Source: Octopus sinensis
Taxonomy: Eukaryota
Assembly: GCF_006345805.1 (NCBI RefSeq)
Contig: NC_043012.1
Location: 5,890,001-5,954,000 of the forward strand
Direction of reading: 5' to 3'
Length of the DNA stretch: 64,000 nt
The notes beneath the pieces are model-generated. The model made no database searches. It was not told the origin of the DNA and was given only the letters and a program-made list of their open reading frames with translations. Of this stretch, positions 13,463 to 24,897 are shown piece by piece. Within the stretch, counting starts at the first letter, position 1. Every line of letters starts with the position of its first letter. The translations under genes and the position numbers were made by a program.

Positions 13463-14228
13463 GCAAGTTCTGGCTATGGCTGTGCAATGTGGGAAAGTAA
13501 CCTTTACCATTCGACGGCGGCGACGGCGAGCTGCTCCACCACCTGTTCCCCCTGAAAGACAATCCTCGATGCCAGAATCAGTCTCACAGTATAGTGTCAA
13601 GGGACAGTCGCACTACTCGTCAACTTCAGCCACTAGTCTTCCGCATGACGAGTCTCCCGGCTGCTACGACAATGGTGCCTACGATGACTCGGGTATGTTC
13701 ATGGGTGAGGCTGGCTCCTGTGATGACGTCTTCACGGAGTCAATGACAAGTAGCCAAGTGTCTTCAGCGTCAAAATTCCCAAGTCTTTCCAGCAGTACCC
13801 TGCAAGGGACAACATACTCACCGAACACGTTGCGCCACAAGCGCAGTGGCCTGCTACTGTCTTACAACGAGGATCCTTACTCAGTCGACAAAATTAGAAC
13901 GCAGAGCACATCGGCCGTGGAGGATGAGGTGAACTGGAACTCTTCACCTACCCCGACCACCATCACGTCGGCGACTCTGCGTTCGGGCCGCGGCACGCCT
14001 TCTAGTTGCCTGTCGCAGTCCCTCGACAATCTCGGCGAAAATGCTTACATCTCTAACCTACGTAGCATGTCTAGTAGGGAGAACATCTACATGCACACAT
14101 ACGATAAGGGGAACAATACTGACCGTAAAGTAAATCTTAGGAAACGAGAGTTTGACTGTGCACTCTCCCCTGGGAACAATATGTATTTACCACGGAGTGT
14201 GATGTCTTCACCCACAGTTCAAGGAAAA
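13463..14228 (+). CDS. Large coding exon of a host gene: probable end of a PDZ-like domain (QVLAMAVQCGKVTFTIRRRR), then PxxPxR motif and a long Ser/Thr-rich disordered region
   Basis: Acceptor ttttctattttcag at 13449-13462, donor gtaagt at 14229; open frame of ~255 codons; GC/CpG-rich against AT-rich flanks; PDZ assignment rests on motif resemblance only. Confidence 0.8.
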
Positions 14229-14446
14229 GTAAGTCACAAAACAAATCTTGTTTTTGTATCTTGGTAACATTGACTTTTTGCATTTCACTAAGAATTTTTC
14301 CGTTGCTGTTTTTGATTCTTAATTTCCATAATCAATGTCAACTTGTCTTTGCATTTGGATTACAAGATTCTTGACCTGAATTCATTGAAACTTATCATGT
14401 GTCATTGTTGGTGTAACGACCCTCCCAAGACACGACAAAATATCAA

Positions 14447-14722
14447 TCATCATCATCATCATCGTTTAACGTCCACTTTCCATGCTGGCATGGGTTGGAC
14501 GATTTGATTGAGGTCTGGCAAACCAGATGGCTGCACCAGGCTCCAATCTGATCTGGCAAAGTTTCTACAGCTGGATGCCCTTCCTAACGTCAACCACTCC
14601 GAGAGTGTAGTGGGTGCTTTTACGTGCCACCAGCATGAGTGCCAGTCACGTGGTACTGGCAATGGCCACACTCAAATGGTGCTTTTTATGTGCCACCTGC
14701 ACAGGAGCCAGTCCAGTGGCAC
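14447..14722 (-). mobile_element. SINE-like family C
   Basis: (cat)n tail, GATGCCCTTCCTAACG, internal GTGCCAC subrepeats. Confidence 0.85.
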
Positions 14723-15271
14723 TATTATTTTTCTTATTTGTTGTAGCAATGTTCTCCATTGCCAATGTCCAATGATAGTTACGGAGCCCTAACCTGTTCA
14801 TGTTTTATGCAAAACTCCAGGATTATTTTTGGAGCCAGGCTGTTTATATATTAACTTAGAGAATTCATAAGCTGTGTGGAGAGTTTCATGATTTTTCTCA
14901 CTCATGCATTGTTTGTAAATGTGTTCTTCCCAAGAAGTCACTCAAGCTTTCAGGTTACACATCTTTGTTTTACCCCCAAAACTGTACTGAATCACCAACT
15001 ACAATGTTTTCTGAATGCATATACAGGGTTAAAGCTTTCCATCAAAATTTCACATTATGTTCCAAACTCCACCTTAACTATGACAAAGTTATTTTACTAA
15101 ATTCTTAATTTGTTTTCAAAATTCAATGAAAAGCAGGATACTGATAGAAATATGGTAAGTAAAGAATTAGTTCATCACTTGAGGATTTTAACACCATCAC
15201 TTTAGTCCACTCTGATGCAAAAGTTTTGGGCCAGGCGTTGGGTTTGATGATACATTTCTTCCTCCCTCCCT

Positions 15272-15315
<44 letters not shown>

Positions 15316-15454
15316 CAATTTCAGAGGTGCTATGTGGGTCATGGGCACTGCCCACCAGTCAGGATGGCGATGCTGATGTCTGTTATATTAATAGCATTGG
15401 AGTATTGGTAGGAGTAGTATTAATAACTGCACTAAAATTGTGGTTATGATAAGC

Positions 15455-15600
15455 AGTGGTGATGATGATGATGGTAGTGATGGTGGTGGTGGTGGTGGTG
15501 TTGATTTTAGCGGTAACGATGATGGTGGTAGTGGTGGTCATGGTGATGGTGTTGATGTTGTTGGTGATAGTGTGGTGGTGGTAACAGCAGCAGTGGTGGC
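15455..15600. repeat. Compound (GGT/GAT)n microsatellite
   Basis: Degenerate trinucleotide run. Confidence 0.85.
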
Positions 15601-15845
15601 ATTGGTATTGGCAGTTTGGAGGACAGCTGGTAACTATCATATCTTAGAATAGATCTGGGTGGTGCAATTTAGGTGGGGAAATGCAAGGTGGGTGAGATAG
15701 TGAGATCTATGGTAAGGTGTCATGGCCCGTTGTCATGGAGATTTAGATTAAATTTATTTTTACAGTGGATGAGGTAGGTGGGGTGGGAAAGTAAACAAAA
15801 CAGGACAAAAATCAAACCTGGAAGTTTATATATATACATACAGAG

Positions 15846-15884
<39 letters not shown>

Positions 15885-15922
15885 CATTTAAACACACACA
15901 CACACACAGAGGTGTGTTTGTA

Positions 15923-15964
<42 letters not shown>

Positions 15965-16540
15965 GGTGTGTGTGTATGTGTGTATATAAATATGTACAGA
16001 AGTGTGTGTGTGTATGTATATATATATATACAGGCAATTTTAATTTGTTTACACACACATACATGTGCGTGTGAGTGTGTGTTCACACACACGCACATAC
16101 ATATATATCTTTGTTGTTGCTTAGCAGTTAATGACTCCACAGTACAACCATTACGCAGAATTGCATAGACACAACATGTACACATGTCTGAATTCTTCAG
16201 ACATCTACTGAGAGTTTGAAGAAATAGGCTTGTGTTTGTGTCTCCATGGGCCTCAGTAATGGCCATAGTAGGTATTAATTACTAACCTGTGTTGTGTGTA
16301 TATATACATATGTATGTGTGCATGTGTGTGTATATATATATGTGTGTGTGTATGTATACACACACACATACAGGTGATATTGAGTATATGTTCTATTCTT
16401 CACGCACTTGAATATGTGTGTTATGTGATCATCATAATCATCATCACTGTTTTATTGTCCACATTCCATGCTTGCATGGATGAGAGGGAATTTGCCGTGA
16501 TAGATAATTTAATGGTCAGATGTTCTTCTTGTTGCCAACC

Positions 16541-16988
16541 AAGAACCGCACGGTTCTTGGTCTCAAGAATTTGTCTTATGAAGAAAGGCTGAAGACGCTC
16601 GACCTTTATTCTCTAGAAAAACGACGACGCCATGAAGATCTCATTCTTGCTCCCAACATCATAAGCGGAAAGTGTAACCTCTCGAAAGAGCTGTTCTTCA
16701 CTCCTGCTCCAGAGCGTCAGCTGCGGGGTCATTCCGAAAAGCTCTATCTGCGACGGTTTCATCTCAATCGAAGGAGAGGGGCTTTCTCCGTCTGGGTTGC
16801 GGATTTGTGGAATAAGCTGCCAGACGAGATGGTGAAGATGCCGACGACCGCTCGGTTCAAAGTCTCTCTTGACCTCAAGTGGCCTGAACTCTTTACATGA
16901 ACACCACCCTGTACATAACTCCATGTCCCCCTACATGACCTTGCTTTTTGCTTTTTGAGCCAAAAAATTAACTAACTAACTAACTAAC
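16541..16988 (+). mobile_element. CR1-clade LINE 3' fragment with (TAAC)n tail, inserted into an older SINE-like repeat (~16428-17125)
   Basis: LSYEERLKTLDLYSLEKRR..DLI, LRGHSEKL, FSVWVADLWNKLP match the CR1 ORF2 C-terminus; tail taactaactaac. Confidence 0.92.
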
Positions 16989-17445
16989 CCTGACTTGTTT
17001 CCAAAGAAGGTAATGTCCCCCACCCCCCACCCATCTTTTCCCATAACTGGATATGTATTCATGGAAGATGAAAATTGGAAACAAATAATACTGCTTGAAT
17101 GATGGTGACATTCACTTAAAACCACCATAGTCAAGCTGTGACCTGTGGGGCTTTCTGAATAGCATGCCCAAATGAAAAATTACCCTGAATTCTTTTTTAG
17201 CACTGCAGCCTACATGATAACAATCCATGTCTCATACAGCCCATTTCTCGAGAAACTTTCCCCGTGCTTAATTTACATCTATCAAGATGAGGAGGCAATT
17301 CCCCCTCCCACACATAAATACAATGGGTTTGTTTCAGTTTCCATCTACAAAATCCACTCATAAACTTTGGTTGACCCAGGGCTATACTAGAAGAAACTTG
17401 CTGAAGGTCTCACACACCACAGAAGTTTATCTGTCTTGAGACATA

Positions 17446-17598
17446 CCATATCTTAGCATGTATAAAGAACCCCCTTATTTTGAGATCTTAAAATTTGGAA
17501 TAAAGGGATTATAATACTATCCATATTTAAGAAACTCCCATATTTTTTTAACCTAATTTTTGACAAAAAAGGGTTCCTTATACACGTTAAAATGGCGG
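17446..17598. mobile_element. Tc1/pogo-type MITE
   Basis: TA flanks; imperfect TIRs CCATATCTTAGCATGTATAA / TTATACACGTTAAAATGGCGG. Confidence 0.6.
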
Positions 17599-17749
17599 TA
17601 ATAGCTACAATAGATTACAAAGATAACTGTTAGCACTGCAGCTATCTACAATATAACAAGTCAATGAGAGGTCCTCTACTTGGTAAAAAATATAATCTTA
17701 GCAACAAAGGCAGAATTAATGCCAAGAGGCAATATTTATCTCCATTTAA

Positions 17750-17971
17750 CCCTTTTGATACCAACCCACCTGAAACTGTCCCTGGCTCTGTAGTACAAAT
17801 GTCTTGTTTTCAAAAGTTCTGAATTAAAATTTTCCACCAAACCTTAGTCACAATTTATGTTCTTAACACCAGCTTAGTGATAACTAAGTTATTTTACTAA
17901 ATTCTTTGTTATATTTAAATTTAATTCAAAGAAACACAGAGCATCTCAATAGAAATATGGTAACAAAAGGG
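17750..17971. mobile_element. piggyBac-like MITE (second family; diverged relative at ~14950-15170)
   Basis: TTAA|CCCTTTTGATACCA ... TGGTAACAAAAGGG|TTGA. Confidence 0.78.
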
Positions 17972-18061
17972 TTGAATTTGGATGTTCTGATAGAACAGTT
18001 GTACCGTGGTGGATTAGAGTGCATTTTACACCAAAGGCCATTATGAGAATTTCTCTCATAG

Positions 18062-18354
18062 TTTGTTCCTTCTTGAGCCATGTCTGGCTCATAAGGGCCG
18101 GTTTCCTTGGCGTATAGGTTTCCCACCTGGACGGGATGCCAGTCCATCGCAGGTGAGCTGCAAGATGCAGGAGGAAAAACTGAGAGAAAGTTGTGGCGAA
18201 AGAGTCAGCAGAAGTTTGCCATTACCTTCTGCTGGAGCTGTGTGGAGCTTAGGTGTTTCGCTCATAAACACACACATTGCCCAGTCTGAGATTCAAACCC
18301 GCAATCCCTCGACTGCGAGTTCGCTGCTCTAACCACTAGGCCATGTGCCTCCAC
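18062..18354 (-). mobile_element. tRNA-derived SINE family E with 12-bp TSD
   Basis: Head GGAGGCACATGGCCTAGTGGTTAGAGC; TSD tttctctcatag at 18050-18061 and 18355-18366. Confidence 0.88.
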
Positions 18355-18497
18355 TTTCTCTCATAGGATCCACTGCAATAAAGTTTGTTCTAACAGAAAG
18401 AACATCCATGTTTAAGTGGGGATAAATATTACCTCTACTTGGTTGCTCAGCCTGCTAAAAATATATAGTGTCTAGGGAAAAAGTCCCATTTTATTTA

Positions 18498-18992
18498 GGC
18501 ATGGCTGTGTGATAAGAAGCTTGCTTCCCAACCACATGGTTCCAGGTTCAGTCCCATTGCGTGGCACCTTGGGCAAATGTCTTCTACTATAGCCTCAGGC
18601 CAACTGAAGCCTTGTGAGTAGGTTTGGTAGACAGAAACTGAAAGAAGCCTGTCACATATATATGTATATATTTATGTGTGTGTGTCTTTGTGTCTGTGTT
18701 TGACCCCACCCCCCACCATCGCTTGACAACCGATCTTGGTGTGTTAATGTCCCTGAAACTTAGTGGTTCGGCAAATGAGACCAGAGTGGGGTTAGGGTTA
18801 GGGTTACACACCACACACACACATACGTTTATAGGATGGGTTACTTTCAGTTTCCATCTACCAAATCCACTCACAAGGCTTTGGTCAGCCTGGCGCTATA
18901 GTAGAAGACACTTGCCCAAGGTGTTATGCAGTGGGACTGAACCTGGAACCATGTTCTTAGGGAGCAAACTCTTTACCACACAGCCACACCTA
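18498..18992. mobile_element. Two truncated SINE A copies in inverted orientation (+18498-18785, -18830-18992)
   Basis: Head/core motifs on opposite strands, joined through GGGTTAGGGTTAGGGTTA and (CA)n. Confidence 0.85.
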
Positions 18993-19727
18993 TACACAAT
19001 TTATATATAATGGCATTAACATCATCATCATCATCATCATCATTGTTTAACGTCCGTTCTCCATGCTAGCATGGGTTGGACGGTTCGACCGGGGATCTGG
19101 GAAGCCAGAAGGCTGCACCAGGCTCCAGTCTGATCTGGCAGTGTTTCTAATGCTGGATGCCCTTCCTAACGCCAAACGAACCTTTTTATTCAATTTCTGA
19201 AGCAAAAGAAATGCAAGTCAGTCACTTATTGACAATACATGGCATGCATAGATTGAAACCACCTAACACAGTATTCTTAATGTCTACGACTAAGGCAAAT
19301 ATTCCAGCTGACACCACAAAGAAACTCTGCTACAATCTTGTGGTTCTCCTGTTGAGCAACAAAAGTTATGAAGTTATTCTTGTAGCTGCATTAAGTGCCA
19401 ATGAATTCTTCTTTGAGGTGGGTTACCAACAGCATCCTGCTGGGTTTCTCTTCTATCCTGTTACAGTTTTTTTTCTTCTTTTGTTTCCTAGATTCGAAAT
19501 ACATATCCTCCTGTCTTTTAAATGTGCATGTTCTCATTCTGAATGCATTATGGCTGACAACATAAGATGGGGTGGTCACATTTGGAATGCTTTTGGTCAT
19601 GAGTTTGTTTGTTTATTATTAGGACAGACAGGGTTCCCAAGTTACAGCTATCAACATAACAACTATTATTACTATATCTCACCAGTTCCTCATTATCAAT
19701 GTTATTGTCAAAACACTGCTGCTGCTG

Positions 19728-19767
<40 letters not shown>

Positions 19768-19854
19768 CACCACCCTTTACAACGACTATCATCATCAACG
19801 TCATTGTCCACCACTACAACCACAATGGAAGCTTCTACTTATAGTTGTTCACCC

Positions 19855-20047
19855 CTCTAGAAATAGAAGTGAAACCTTCCACAAATCTACTTCTTTTCTA
19901 CTCTCTTGGAAGGAGAGGATGCATTGGATAATGTGGTCTTGGGGAAGTCTCCTGCACAATGGTTAAAAAAAAATAAAATAAAAAGGGGTGGTTCATGCCT
20001 GGAATGTCTATGATCATAGGTCTGCTCTGTCACTTCTGACCTGGGCT
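19855..20047 (+). mobile_element. Old interspersed repeat, family I (also ~44320-44505 -, 44680-44838 +, 47840-48062 +)
   Basis: Shared motifs AGAAATAGCAGCCAAAT, GGAATGCC/TCTTTGATC, GACCTGGG(G)CTA. Confidence 0.6.
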
Positions 20048-20143
20048 ATACTACTACTACTACTATACTACTACTACTACTACTACTACTGCTACTGCAG
20101 CAACTACTGCTGCTGCTACTACAACTACTACTACTACTAACTA

Positions 20144-20199
<56 letters not shown>

Positions 20200-20286
20200 A
20201 CAACTACTACTACTACTACTACCACTACTACCACTACTACTACTACTACTGCTGCTACTGCTACTACTGCTACTACTACTACTACA
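20047..20286. repeat. Compound (CTA/CTG)n microsatellite
   Basis: Long trinucleotide array. Confidence 0.95.
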
Positions 20287-20377
20287 AAAGAAACAGCTGG
20301 AGTTATAAATCTGATAAAAATTATCTCCAGAGCTAACTGTAGAAGACATGAAATCTGAAACTCTAACCTCTGTGCTT

Positions 20378-20422
<45 letters not shown>

Positions 20423-20523
20423 AGAAAGAGAGAGAGAGAGAGTGTGTATATTTGAAATACATATACACACACACGAAAATGTGATGTGTGTGTGATATAT
20501 ATTATATACATATCATACACATA

Positions 20524-20890
20524 GGCACAGGAACGGCTGTGTGGTAAGTAGCTTGTTTACCAACCACATGGTTCCGGGTTCAGTCCCACTGTGTGGCACT
20601 TTGGGCAAGTGTCTTCTACTATAGCCTCGGGCCGACCAATGCCTTGTGAGAGGATTTGGTAGACGGAAACTGAAAGAAGCTCGTCGTATATATGTATATA
20701 TATATATATGTGTGTGTGTGTGTTTGTGTGTCTGTGTTTGTCCCCGTAACTTAGCGGTTCGGCAAAAGAGACCGATAGAATAAGTACTGGGCTTACAAAA
20801 GAATAAGTCCCGGGGTCGAGTTGCTCAATTAAAGGCGGTGCTCCAGCATGGCCGCAGTGAAATAACTGAAACAAGTAAAAGAGTAAAAGA
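20524..20890 (+). mobile_element. SINE family A
   Basis: Full head/core/tail. Confidence 0.9.
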
Positions 20891-21040
20891 GTATATGACA
20901 TTCATTTGTTTATATATATAATTAGAGATTGTGTTAACCTCATGAAGGGATAGTTGTGTCCATGGAAATACTGGTTCAATACCTTGTACTGATAGAGAAT
21001 GAAATCCTCTTCAAACAATAGGTATATATTAAGCATATAT

Positions 21041-21425
21041 TCTTTAATTCTTTTACTTGTTTCAGTCATTTGACTGCAGCCATGCTGGAGCACTGCCTTT
21101 AGTCGAACAAATTGACCCCAGGACTTATTCTTTGTAAGCCTAGTAATTATTCTATCGGCCTTTTGTGTCGAACCGTTAAGTTACAGGAATGTAAACACAC
21201 CAATATTGGCTGTCAAGTAATGGTGGGGGGACAAACACAGGCACAAATACATATACACATTCACATACATCTATATATGTGATGGGCTTCTTTCAGTTTC
21301 TGTCTCACAGGGCTTTTGTCAGCCCAAGGCTATTGTAGAAGACACTTGCCCATAGTGCCATGCAGTGGAACTGAACCTGGAACCATGTGGTTGGGAAGCA
21401 AGCTTCTTACCACAACCACTCCTAC
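21041..21425 (-). mobile_element. SINE family A (inverted partner of 20524-20890)
   Basis: Full reverse-complement copy. Confidence 0.88.
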
Positions 21426-21444
21426 ACTTATATAGTTTATATCC

Positions 21445-21896
21445 AGTTAGAATAAAAAAAAAAGGAAATTGAGATAATAAAGTTAATAATTGTTTATTAT
21501 TAACAAATTGGTCATCTTCACTTTTTACAACCGTTTCAATTAATACCCAATAATCAAATTACAAATTTGTACATTAAGTTTGCATTTTTATGAGATGAGA
21601 GCATAATTTCATCAGAGAAAAAAAAAAAGATGTCCACTGGAATGTTATATGTGGACCTGTCAATTCATATCAGCAGACTGAATTGACAGGTCCACATATA
21701 ACATTCCAGTGGACATCTTTTTTTTTCCTCTGAATTATGCTCTCATCTCATAAAAATGCAAACTTAATGTACAAATTTGTAATTTGATTATTGGGTATTA
21801 ATTGAAACAGCTGTAAAAAGTGAAGATGACCAATTTGTTAATAATAAACAATTATTAACTTTATTATCTCAATTTCCTTTTTTTTCTTTTCTAACT
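21445..21896. mobile_element. Fold-back palindrome 1 with outward-facing hammerhead motifs
   Basis: Near-identical arms 21445-21667 and 21679-21896, 11-nt loop TATCAGCAGAC; TA-rich flanks. Confidence 0.95.
21521..21620 (-). ncRNA. Type I hammerhead motif with extended stem II (left arm)
   Basis: CUGAUGA-AAUUAUGCUC...GGGUAUUAAUU-GAAAC-GGUU-GUA-AAAAG; the right-arm copy (21725-21820, +) has palindromic ACAGCUGU but a deleted core. Confidence 0.7.
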
Positions 21897-21904
21897 TTTA
21901 ACTG

Positions 21905-21948
<44 letters not shown>

Positions 21949-21961
21949 GTATAAAAAATAT

Positions 21962-22066
21962 ATATAAAAATACAAAATGGGACAAGAACGCAAAACATTC
22001 AAATAGACGACACAAAAAATGGATGGGTCATTCGAAGCGTTTAATCTTCAGTCAAGAACCGGATCA
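21962..22066 (-). mobile_element. Short TA-embedded repeat with a degenerate CUGAAGA..CGAA motif
   Basis: Matches 9440-9560; sits within (TA)n. Confidence 0.65.
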
Positions 22067-22083
22067 TATATATATATATATAT

Positions 22084-22290
22084 ATCATCATCATCATCAT
22101 CAACGTTTAATGTCCACTTTCCATGCTGGCATGGATTGGATGGTTTGACTGAGGGCTGACAAGCCAGGAGGCTGCACCAGGTTCCAATCTGATCTGGCAA
22201 GGTTTCTACAGCTGGATGCCCTTCCTAATGCCAACCACTCTGAGAATGTAGTGGGTGCTTTTTATGTGCCACCAGCATGGTGAGGGTCAG
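22084..22290 (-). mobile_element. SINE-like family C
   Basis: (cat)n tail and conserved body. Confidence 0.85.
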
Positions 22291-22599
22291 TCAGGTGACA
22301 CACTATGTATATACTATATATAGCCACACACACATAGATGGAAGCACAAGGCCTGGAATTTAGTGGGAGCAGATGAGCAGATGAGCAGATGAGCCAGGGG
22401 CATCAGTGCCAGGACATGATGGTCACTTGTTTTATTGGCTTTGCAAGTATGACAGGCAAAGCCAACCTCAGCGGAATTTGAACTCAGAATGTAAAGACAT
22501 GAAATACTGCCAAGCATTTTGTTTGCCATACGTATATAAGTGTATATAAGTGTATATAAGTGTATATAATGCAGAAGATGCATTATATACACACACGTT

Positions 22600-22918
22600 T
22601 TACTCTTTTACTTGTTTCAGTCATTTGACTGCAGCCACACTGGAGCACTACCTTTTTGTTGAGTAAATCGACTCCAGGACTTCTTCTTTGCAAGCCTAGT
22701 ACTTATTCTATCAGTCTCTTTTGCTTAACTGCTAAGTTGCAGGGATGTAAACACACCAACAGGCTTCTTTCAGTTTCTTTCTACCAAATCCACTTACAAG
22801 ATTTTGGTTGGCTTGAGGTTATAGGAGAAGACACTTGCCCAAGGTGCCACACAGTGGGACTGAACCTGGAAGCATGTGGTTGAGAAGCATGCTTCTTAAA
22901 ACACAGCCACTTCTGCAC
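22600..22918 (-). mobile_element. SINE family A (internal microsatellite deleted)
   Basis: Reverse-complement tail, core and head. Confidence 0.85.
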
Positions 22919-22920
22919 CC

Positions 22921-23116
22921 TGACAGATCGTTAACCACTACACACATTTTTTTTCTCTCCTTGTTTCTCTCTTTGTTTTTTCTGTGTCCCTTTCTGTAGA
23001 AGAGCGTAGGCTCGAAACATAAAAGACTTTTTCTATTCCTGGGCATTATACTAATACATCTGTTTGTTTTGTACACCACCTGTCTTTGTCTTTTGTTTTT
23101 TTCGTAAACTTTCCCT
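22921..23116 (+). mobile_element. ~200-bp pyrimidine-rich mini-element with a minimal hammerhead-like motif (22990-23025)
   Basis: CUUU-CUGUAGA-A-GAGC GUAG GCUC-GAAAC-AUA-AAAG; ends in (TA)n. Confidence 0.6.
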
Positions 23117-23179
23117 ATATATATTTATATATATATATATATATACACACACATACACGCACACATATTTCTTTTGTTT

Positions 23180-23508
23180 TTTTTACTTGTTTTAGGCGTT
23201 TGACTGCGGCCATGCTGGGGCACCGCCTTGGAGAGTTTTAGTTGAAAAAGTCGACCCTAGCACATATTTTTTTGAAGCCTATTACTTTTTCTATCAGTTT
23301 CTTTTGCTGAACCACTAAGTTACAGAGACATAGACACACCACCACCGGTTGTCAAGCGGTGGTGGGGGCTGAACACAGTCACAAAGACACACACACACAT
23401 ACGATGGGCTTCTTTCAGTTTCTGCCTTTCAATCCACTCACAAGGTTTCGGTCAGTCCGAGGCTATAGTAGAAGACACTTTGCTCAAGGTACCACGCAGC
23501 CATGCCTG
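23180..23508 (-). mobile_element. SINE family A
   Basis: Reverse-complement motifs. Confidence 0.8.
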
Positions 23509-23513
23509 TTGAT

Positions 23514-23547
<34 letters not shown>

Positions 23548-24479
23548 ATAGATACACAGATTGAATAATATCTGATGTGTGGTACATATTAACAACATCA
23601 GGTAAAGAGAGACAGAAAATTTGTTTTGCTATCCCACCTTGGTAGCATCTTCAAAAGTCTTTGAATTACTGAAGCTGTTTATTGTCAGCTCTAAAAGACA
23701 AACCATTCAATTGAGAACAACACTGAGACAAGAATATCAACAATGTCTTCTGCTATCTTCATTTTCCTTTTTTCTTTCATTTTTCCCTCTTTATGTTCCC
23801 TCTTTATGTTCCCTCTTTATGTTCTCTCTTTATGTTCCCTCTTTAGTCACGTTTGGTTTTCTTAATTTTGTATTTTTTTTGTTTTTATCTACTTCATCTA
23901 TTGTTATTATTTCATCGTTTTTTTTCTTCTTTGTTTTATAATTGTATTGTTAATGTGGGTGTTTTTCTTTTTTCTTTTTTTTGGGGGGGTGTTGGGTTGT
24001 TTTTGGTATCCTTCTATTATATTTTATATTCAGCTTCACCTTTTCTTCTTTTTTTTCTTCCATTTTGTTTCCATTTTTCTTCTTCCAGGCATTTTTATTC
24101 TCCTTTGTCTCTGTCTTTCTTTCTCTCTCTCTCTCTCTCTCTCTCCATCACAATGATCATCATCGCCATTACTCCCATCATCATCATCATCACTGCTACC
24201 ACCATCTCCACCACCACACTGTCCTATCCATCTCTAGAAGTTTGGTATATGTTATCTGGCAGCTGTTTGACATTTTACTCACAGAATGGGATAATGATAA
24301 TGGAAAGCTTTACTGAACAAACACTGGACGTATCACATTTCACTGCACATCAGATGGAGTTTTAAACACAAGTGTTTCATACTACCTTTTGATAAACAAC
24401 TATAACAACAACGACAACAACAACTATCTTTTCTTTATTGGCAATAATAATAATAATAATAATAATGATAATAGTTATG

Positions 24480-24685
24480 GTTTTGGCTCAAAGCCAGCAA
24501 GTTTGGGGATGGGGAGAAGTTGATTACATCGACCCCAGTATTCAACTGGTACTTATTCTATTGAACCCAAGAGGATGAAAGGCAAAGATGACTTCAGCAG
24601 AATTGGAACTCAGGACGTAAAGATGAATGAAATGCCACTAAGCATTTTGTCTGATGTACTAACAATCTTTGAAACTCACCACCTT
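24480..24685 (-). mobile_element. SINE family B, CpG-decayed
   Basis: Core on the minus strand; flanked by (TAA)n. Confidence 0.8.
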
Positions 24686-24686
24686 A

Positions 24687-24718
<32 letters not shown>

Positions 24719-24897
24719 GATAATAATGATAATTTATGATGATTGGCAATTGACGTTACTCTTCATGACGGTAAATACACAGCAGTTAGAGTACTATAGA
24801 ATATAAGATTGGCCAACCAGAGCTCTGTGAGTGGATCTGGTAGATAGGAATTGAAAAAAACCCATTGTATATCTAATATATATATATATATATATAT

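Noticed and set aside
18280-18352. tRNA genes (also 36090-36167, 38770-38844, 59161-59232)
   Set aside because: These tRNA-like heads lack a proper acceptor stem and mostly continue into SINE bodies, two of them bounded by TSDs
19157-19966. 269-aa ORF
   Set aside because: It starts inside a SINE, runs through microsatellites, and has no recognisable domain or coding-like composition
24238-24365. PH-domain-like peptide EVWYMLSGSCLTFYS
   Set aside because: Short resemblance only; the frame stops without a convincing donor and other frames are equally plausible
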